64,000 nt of DNA from the NCBI GenBank assembly GCA_963835065.1, contig CAWIEK010000049.1:256001-320000 (forward strand), given 5' to 3'. The DNA comes from an uncultured Chthonomonadaceae bacterium. Lineage in GTDB: Bacteria > Armatimonadota > Chthonomonadetes > Chthonomonadales > Chthonomonadaceae. Below, piece after piece: positions 59,532-64,000 of this stretch (positions are counted from its first letter, which is position 1; every line of letters begins with the position of its first letter). The notes beneath the pieces are model-generated. The model was not told where the DNA came from and did no database searches. It saw only the letters and a list, made by a program, of their open reading frames with translations. Position numbers and translations under genes: made by a program.

Positions 59532-61001
59532 TCACCCTGTTTTGGAAATGGCGCGGTTTGCTTTTTCCAGAGCCGTACTTAAAAATGTAAGCGCCTGCTG
59601 CAAAGCCGAAGAAGCAGGCTGCTTGCTTTGCGCGTCCCGCACATCTTTCATTCCCGCCTCAATATCGGTGGGAGTGGAGACGGCGACCGCCTGGCGGTAC
59701 TCTTTCAGCGCCTCGCTCCAATTGTTCTGAGTCGCATACGTCAGGCCGAGGTTCAGCCGCACATAAGCCAGCGACGCATCCAGTTCCAGCGCCTTGCGGC
59801 TGTTTTGTATGGCGGCGGCGTACTGGCCCGCCTCATACTGCGACCAGCCCAGATTGCCCCAAATCGTGGCATTGTCCGGCGTAAATTTCAGCGCGGCCTG
59901 ATACGCTTTGATCGCGTCATCCCGGCGCTGCGGCGTATCCAATATCTGCGCCAGCGTTGTTTGCACGCTTGCCTGCTGCGTCGGAATGAGCGCGATTTGC
60001 GCCTGCAATAGCGCCGTTGATCGCGCATCATTGCCTGGCGCGGCAAGTTTCGCGCGCAATTGCGTAGCCGCGATTTCCAATTCGCCGTTCATTTTGCCAA
60101 GCAGGTCTTCCGCTTCGCGCAGTTTCCCCGCGCCGGCCAGCGAAGTGGCGCGTCCAAGTTTGGCCGGCAGATAGTTCCCATTGCTGCGCAGCGCGGCCTC
60201 GTATTCTTCCAGCGCCTCCCGATGCCGGCCTTCCTGTTCGTAGGCGTCTCCCATGCTTGCGTGAGCGGAGGGGCTGTCTGGAGCGCTTCCCAATGCCTGC
60301 AAAAACGCGCCCCGCGCCCGCCGCGTTTCCTTCTGCTGCAAATACACCCCGCCCTGCTGGATATACAGTTCGGGAGAATCGGGTTTCAACTCAATGGCGC
60401 GATCCAACGCGTGCAGCGCCGCCTCGTCCTGATTGGCCTGCAAAAGCGCGTTGGCAAGGAACACATACGACTGCGCGTTTGTCGGCGTCAGGTTCGCCAG
60501 GGTTTGAAACGCCCGCGCTTCTTCGGGGTACTGCTTTTTGGCTTCATACGCGATCCCAAGCCCGTACCATGCCCCTGGACTGGCAGACTTCAACGCGACC
60601 GCTTCCTTAAACGCGGCAATGGCCTCATCGAACTTGCGCGCGGACAGCGCTTCCTGCCCCTTCTTTTCCCATGCTTCCGCCGTCATTTTCGGACCTGCGG
60701 GCACAGCCAACGGCCCAACGCCACCGGGTCGGGTTGCCCCGAACGGTTCCACGCCCGGTTTAAGCGGCATCGTAGGCGCGTCCGTTTTCGACGGCTTCTG
60801 TCCCGGCGACGATTTCCCTGTCGGCACAATTTTAGGGTCTGTCTTACCCGGTTCCGTCTTCGGCTTGGCGGGAGGAGGCTGCTGCGCCTGCGCCCCACAT
60901 AGCGCAGGCAAGCATCCGCCACTCAGCATTACGAGCAGCAAGGCATAACAAGGCGAAAACTGTTTGTCACGATGAATACGTTTGTCACGGTTAAAAAGCA
61001 T
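59532..61001 (-). CDS. Secreted TPR-repeat protein
   Basis: Signal-like N-terminus, P/K-rich linker, multiple TPR units. Confidence 0.88.
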   Translation of the reverse strand: MLFNRDKRIHRDKQFSPCYALLLVMLSGGCLPALCGAQAQQPPPAKPKTEPGKTDPKIVPTGKSSPGQKPSKTDAPTMPLKPGVEPFGATRPGGVGPLAVPAGPKMTAEAWEKKGQEALSARKFDEAIAAFKEAVALKSASPGAWYGLGIAYEAKKQYPEEARAFQTLANLTPTNAQSYVFLANALLQANQDEAALHALDRAIELKPDSPELYIQQGGVYLQQKETRRARGAFLQALGSAPDSPSAHASMGDAYEQEGRHREALEEYEAALRSNGNYLPAKLGRATSLAGAGKLREAEDLLGKMNGELEIAATQLRAKLAAPGNDARSTALLQAQIALIPTQQASVQTTLAQILDTPQRRDDAIKAYQAALKFTPDNATIWGNLGWSQYEAGQYAAAIQNSRKALELDASLAYVRLNLGLTYATQNNWSEALKEYRQAVAVSTPTDIEAGMKDVRDAQSKQPASSALQQALTFLSTALEKANRAISKTG

Positions 61002-61152
61002 GTGATTACCCTGATGCTGAAATGTGCCTGCGCCTGTATGATCCTAAATTAACGGCGCGGGAAAACGACGAAATTCCTACAGGAAAGCAGCCTGTCATTG
61101 TCGAATTGTTGTCACAACTACTCAGCCAACATAACTCCGTACAGGAACCATT

Positions 61153-62262
61153 ATGATACCCGAAACCAGCCGCGCCGCGATTCTCCCCGCGCCCGGCGCA
61201 GAACCCATTGTGCGCCGCTACCCCGTTCCCCCAATGGAACCGGGAGCCATTCTGCTAAAAACATTGGCTTCCGAAGTGTGCGGAACCGACGTGCATTTAT
61301 GGCATGGACGCTTGGCCGGCGTTCCCTACCCTCTTATCCCCGGCCACGTCAGTATCGGCATTGTCGAAACCATTATGGGCGAAGCGCTTGACGTCAACGA
61401 AACGCCCATTCGGGCCGGTGACGTGGTAACGTTTTTGGACGTGCATGGCACCTGCAATCGCTGCTGGTACTGCCTTGTCGCCAAAGCCACTACCCGCTGC
61501 CCCCACCGCCGCGTGTACGGTATCACGATGGGAGCCAATGACTTGCCCGGATTGGCAGGCGGCTGGAGCGAACGCATTTATTTACGTCCCGGAACCAAAA
61601 TCGCGCGCCTTGCCCCCGGCGTTTCGCCCGATGCGTGGATAGGCGGCGGCTGCGGCCTGCCCACCGCCGTTCACGCCATCGAACTCGCTAAAATTCGCCT
61701 GGGAGATCGCGTACTCATTCAAGGCAGCGGTCCGGTCGGTCTCAGCGCCTGCGCCCTCGCGCTGCTCAGTGGCGCAAGTTGGGTCGGCGTAATCGGCGCT
61801 CCCGCCGCCCGTTTGGAAGCCGCCCGTAAAATTGGCGCGGACTGGACGTGCGACATTGAACATGCAAACCGTGACGAACGCCTGCGCCTTGTTCGAGATG
61901 CCACGAGCGGACGCGGCCCCGACATCGTTATCGAAGCCAGCGGCAATCCTCACGCCGTACCCGAAGGCTGCGAACTCGTCCGCGATGCGGGCCGCTACAT
62001 CATTGTCGGCCAGTACACCAACAACGGCGACGTTCCTCTCAACCCACACCTGCACATCAACAAAAAACATCTGGACATACAGGGCTGTTGGGGTTCCGAC
62101 TTTTCCCATGTCTACAACGCAATGGAAATCATGGCCCGCTTCGACGCCCGCATTGGCTGGGCCAATTTAATCTCACATCGTTATACGCTGGAACAGGTTG
62201 GCACTGCCCTGCGCGACGTAGAACAGGGCCGCGTCATCAAAGCCGTCGTCGTGCCGGATTAA
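61153..62262 (+). CDS. Zinc-binding alcohol dehydrogenase (MDR family)
   Basis: CGTDVH, GH, CNRCWYC..C, GSGPVG, IEASG. Confidence 0.92.
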   Translation: MIPETSRAAILPAPGAEPIVRRYPVPPMEPGAILLKTLASEVCGTDVHLWHGRLAGVPYPLIPGHVSIGIVETIMGEALDVNETPIRAGDVVTFLDVHGTCNRCWYCLVAKATTRCPHRRVYGITMGANDLPGLAGGWSERIYLRPGTKIARLAPGVSPDAWIGGGCGLPTAVHAIELAKIRLGDRVLIQGSGPVGLSACALALLSGASWVGVIGAPAARLEAARKIGADWTCDIEHANRDERLRLVRDATSGRGPDIVIEASGNPHAVPEGCELVRDAGRYIIVGQYTNNGDVPLNPHLHINKKHLDIQGCWGSDFSHVYNAMEIMARFDARIGWANLISHRYTLEQVGTALRDVEQGRVIKAVVVPD

Positions 62263-62312
62263 AGTTGATAGTTGATAGTTCGTAGTTGATAGAAGATGCA
62301 GAAACTACGAAC
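62263..62312. repeat. (AGTTGAT)n array with a short inverted arm
   Basis: Same string as 7103-7132; the following actacgaac is the inverse of gttcgtagt. Confidence 0.8.
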
Positions 62313-62372
62313 ATTGGGCGCTCCGCCGTTTGAATTACGAACGGCAAGCAACAAGCGATAAGAAAGAGTAAT

Positions 62373-63077
62373 TTGGAACCTGAAAACAATTGCCCGCATC
62401 CCTGCAACTTTCGCCTGACCCGTGTTCTGGATCGGGGATGGGGAGAAATGGCCTTTGAATATCGCTGGAACTCCACGTCCGCTTTATCCCACAACTCTTC
62501 CGACGACGCTCTTGATCTGAACCACTGTTTTCTATACGAACTGACCACGTATGCCGGTAATGTGGGAACTTATCAAGGCGGCTATTTTGTCGCGCCAAAT
62601 CCTCCTTTTGCGGAGTGGTGGTTTCGTGACCCGACAGACGGGCGAACCGCTCCGGTTGCGCTCGGCTGCTTCGACGCATCGGCAGGATGGGCATGGGATC
62701 GGCACAAAATGGGCGGCAAGTTCGTCATGCCTGACCAATCTCCTGACGGCCCCGCCCTATCGCCCAAACCGCCCTATACCATCGTGGCAACGCAACAGTA
62801 CCGCTTTTATTGCGAGCGGTGCGGTATGGACGCGCTCGTTCCCGGCTCTCATTGCGGCCCACATGCCATCACGCGAACCTTTGCGCCCCTCAGCAACAAT
62901 CTTAACAGCAACAATCTTAACGATGTGCCGGCTACCTTTCAAAAAGATTTCCTGCTTCGCTCTTACTATACCCTTTGGCGGTACACGCTGCAAAAACATG
63001 GGCATCAGGCTTTTCTTGACCTCAATGCGCTAGGCAGTTATGTGGATGATAGTACGCATCTTGGCTACGGCCCCTAG
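62373..63077 (+). CDS. Hypothetical Cys/His/aromatic-rich protein
   Basis: 234-aa ORF; CPHPC, CERC, HCGPH. Confidence 0.6.
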   Translation: MEPENNCPHPCNFRLTRVLDRGWGEMAFEYRWNSTSALSHNSSDDALDLNHCFLYELTTYAGNVGTYQGGYFVAPNPPFAEWWFRDPTDGRTAPVALGCFDASAGWAWDRHKMGGKFVMPDQSPDGPALSPKPPYTIVATQQYRFYCERCGMDALVPGSHCGPHAITRTFAPLSNNLNSNNLNDVPATFQKDFLLRSYYTLWRYTLQKHGHQAFLDLNALGSYVDDSTHLGYGP

Positions 63078-63250
63078 TGACAAACTCTTCCACTGCGCAA
63101 TAATTTTCTACAAAAAATAAATTCCTGCCGGTAGCCTGCTTCTGAGTTGTCCGTCTTGAACACGTGAACCGCAAGCCCGGCCTTTGCGTCAGCCTCTTGT
63201 TTCTGTATTTTTATTTTTGTATTTTGGCTCCTTTTCAGGAGGTTCGTTCA

Positions 63251-64000
63251 TTGAGTGACAACCTGCAACGCAAATTTGTGGGCGGCGAGGCGCTGTCACA
63301 ATCGCTGGAACGCCTTGTCGAAAGCGTGTCTCCCGCCCTGCGCCGTCGCTTACAGCAAAAAGGTGTCGCGGAAGAAGAACTGGAAGACTTGCACATCGAA
63401 GCCCAGGTACGCCTGTTTGCAGCGCTGAAACGGCGGAGCCGACAGGATGAAAGCAGCCAGATCAACATTGAGGACCCAACGCGCTACGCCCATGCCGTCG
63501 CGGACACTGTTTTTGACGATTATCTGCGCCGAATGTATCCCAACCGCTGTCGGTTAAAGCGCCGCGTCCTCTATCTGCTGGACAATACGCAAACCGAAAA
63601 AAAAGTATTCGCGCGCTGGAAACATCGTACCGCCTGGATCGCCGGGTTTACCCGATGGCAGCAGCACGCTTTCCGGCCAAGCGCCCGCTACCATGCCTTT
63701 TGTAATCGCCCGGATGTGTTTTGCCAACAGGAATTAGACGATCAGGAGCCTGAAAAAATGCCCCTCCACATCCTTATGGCACATCTGTTCCGATGGCTCG
63801 GCACGCCCGTCGAATTGGAAGAACTCATTTCGCATCTTATCAAACTGCAAAAGATTACGGAAACGCGCGCCCTGCCCATTGAAGATATGGTAGAAAAAAC
63901 CGGCATGGACATGGACCATTGGCTTCCGCCCTCGCCCGAAGACGTGTCCGCCCGCGTCCTAGATTCTATAGAAGGGGAAACCTTTCGCGCCCATTTGTGG
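63251..64000 (+). CDS. ECF-sigma-like protein with a long insert (runs off window edge; not in the ORF track)
   Basis: AGGAGG SD and TTG; own translation MSDNLQRK..EELEDLHIEAQVRLF..YAHAVADTVFDDYLRR..; open to the end of the window. Confidence 0.6.
   Translation, partial: MSDNLQRKFVGGEALSQSLERLVESVSPALRRRLQQKGVAEEELEDLHIEAQVRLFAALKRRSRQDESSQINIEDPTRYAHAVADTVFDDYLRRMYPNRCRLKRRVLYLLDNTQTEKKVFARWKHRTAWIAGFTRWQQHAFRPSARYHAFCNRPDVFCQQELDDQEPEKMPLHILMAHLFRWLGTPVELEELISHLIKLQKITETRALPIEDMVEKTGMDMDHWLPPSPEDVSARVLDSIEGETFRAHLW

Overview
64 kb of bacterial chromosome, mostly housekeeping and cell-envelope genes. The gene style suggests Armatimonadota (Chthonomonas-like), but that is an inference. Genes include proS, tRNA-Ala(GGC), a PilT/PilU ATPase, fabI, a livKHMGF-type ABC operon, gcvT/gcvH, rho, hpt, guaA, kdsC, miaA-hfq-dapF, selB and six GT-C/YfhO-like membrane proteins. 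I found no transposase, integrase, prophage or CRISPR array. Three unannotated features stand out. (1) A dispersed element made of an invariant 11-mer ACGTCCGATAA (resembling a XerC arm of dif), a 30-33 nt spacer, a perfect 38-40 bp palindrome centred on CGTACG and an overlapping GCCGCG-N-(C/T)GCGGC hairpin. It has three full copies and one variant, all at convergent gene junctions, two of them beside AT-rich gene debris. (2) A family of about 70-190 bp fold-back elements whose arms are tandem heptamers with interchangeable units. They occur between genes and in frame inside ProRS and three glycosyltransferase-like proteins; in ProRS the one unit that would contain in-frame stops is altered. 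(3) A LivM-LivG fusion with a hydrophobic two-helix insert inside the ATPase domain. Six or seven genes, including proS, carry +1 frameshifts at short homopolymers, most likely consensus errors.
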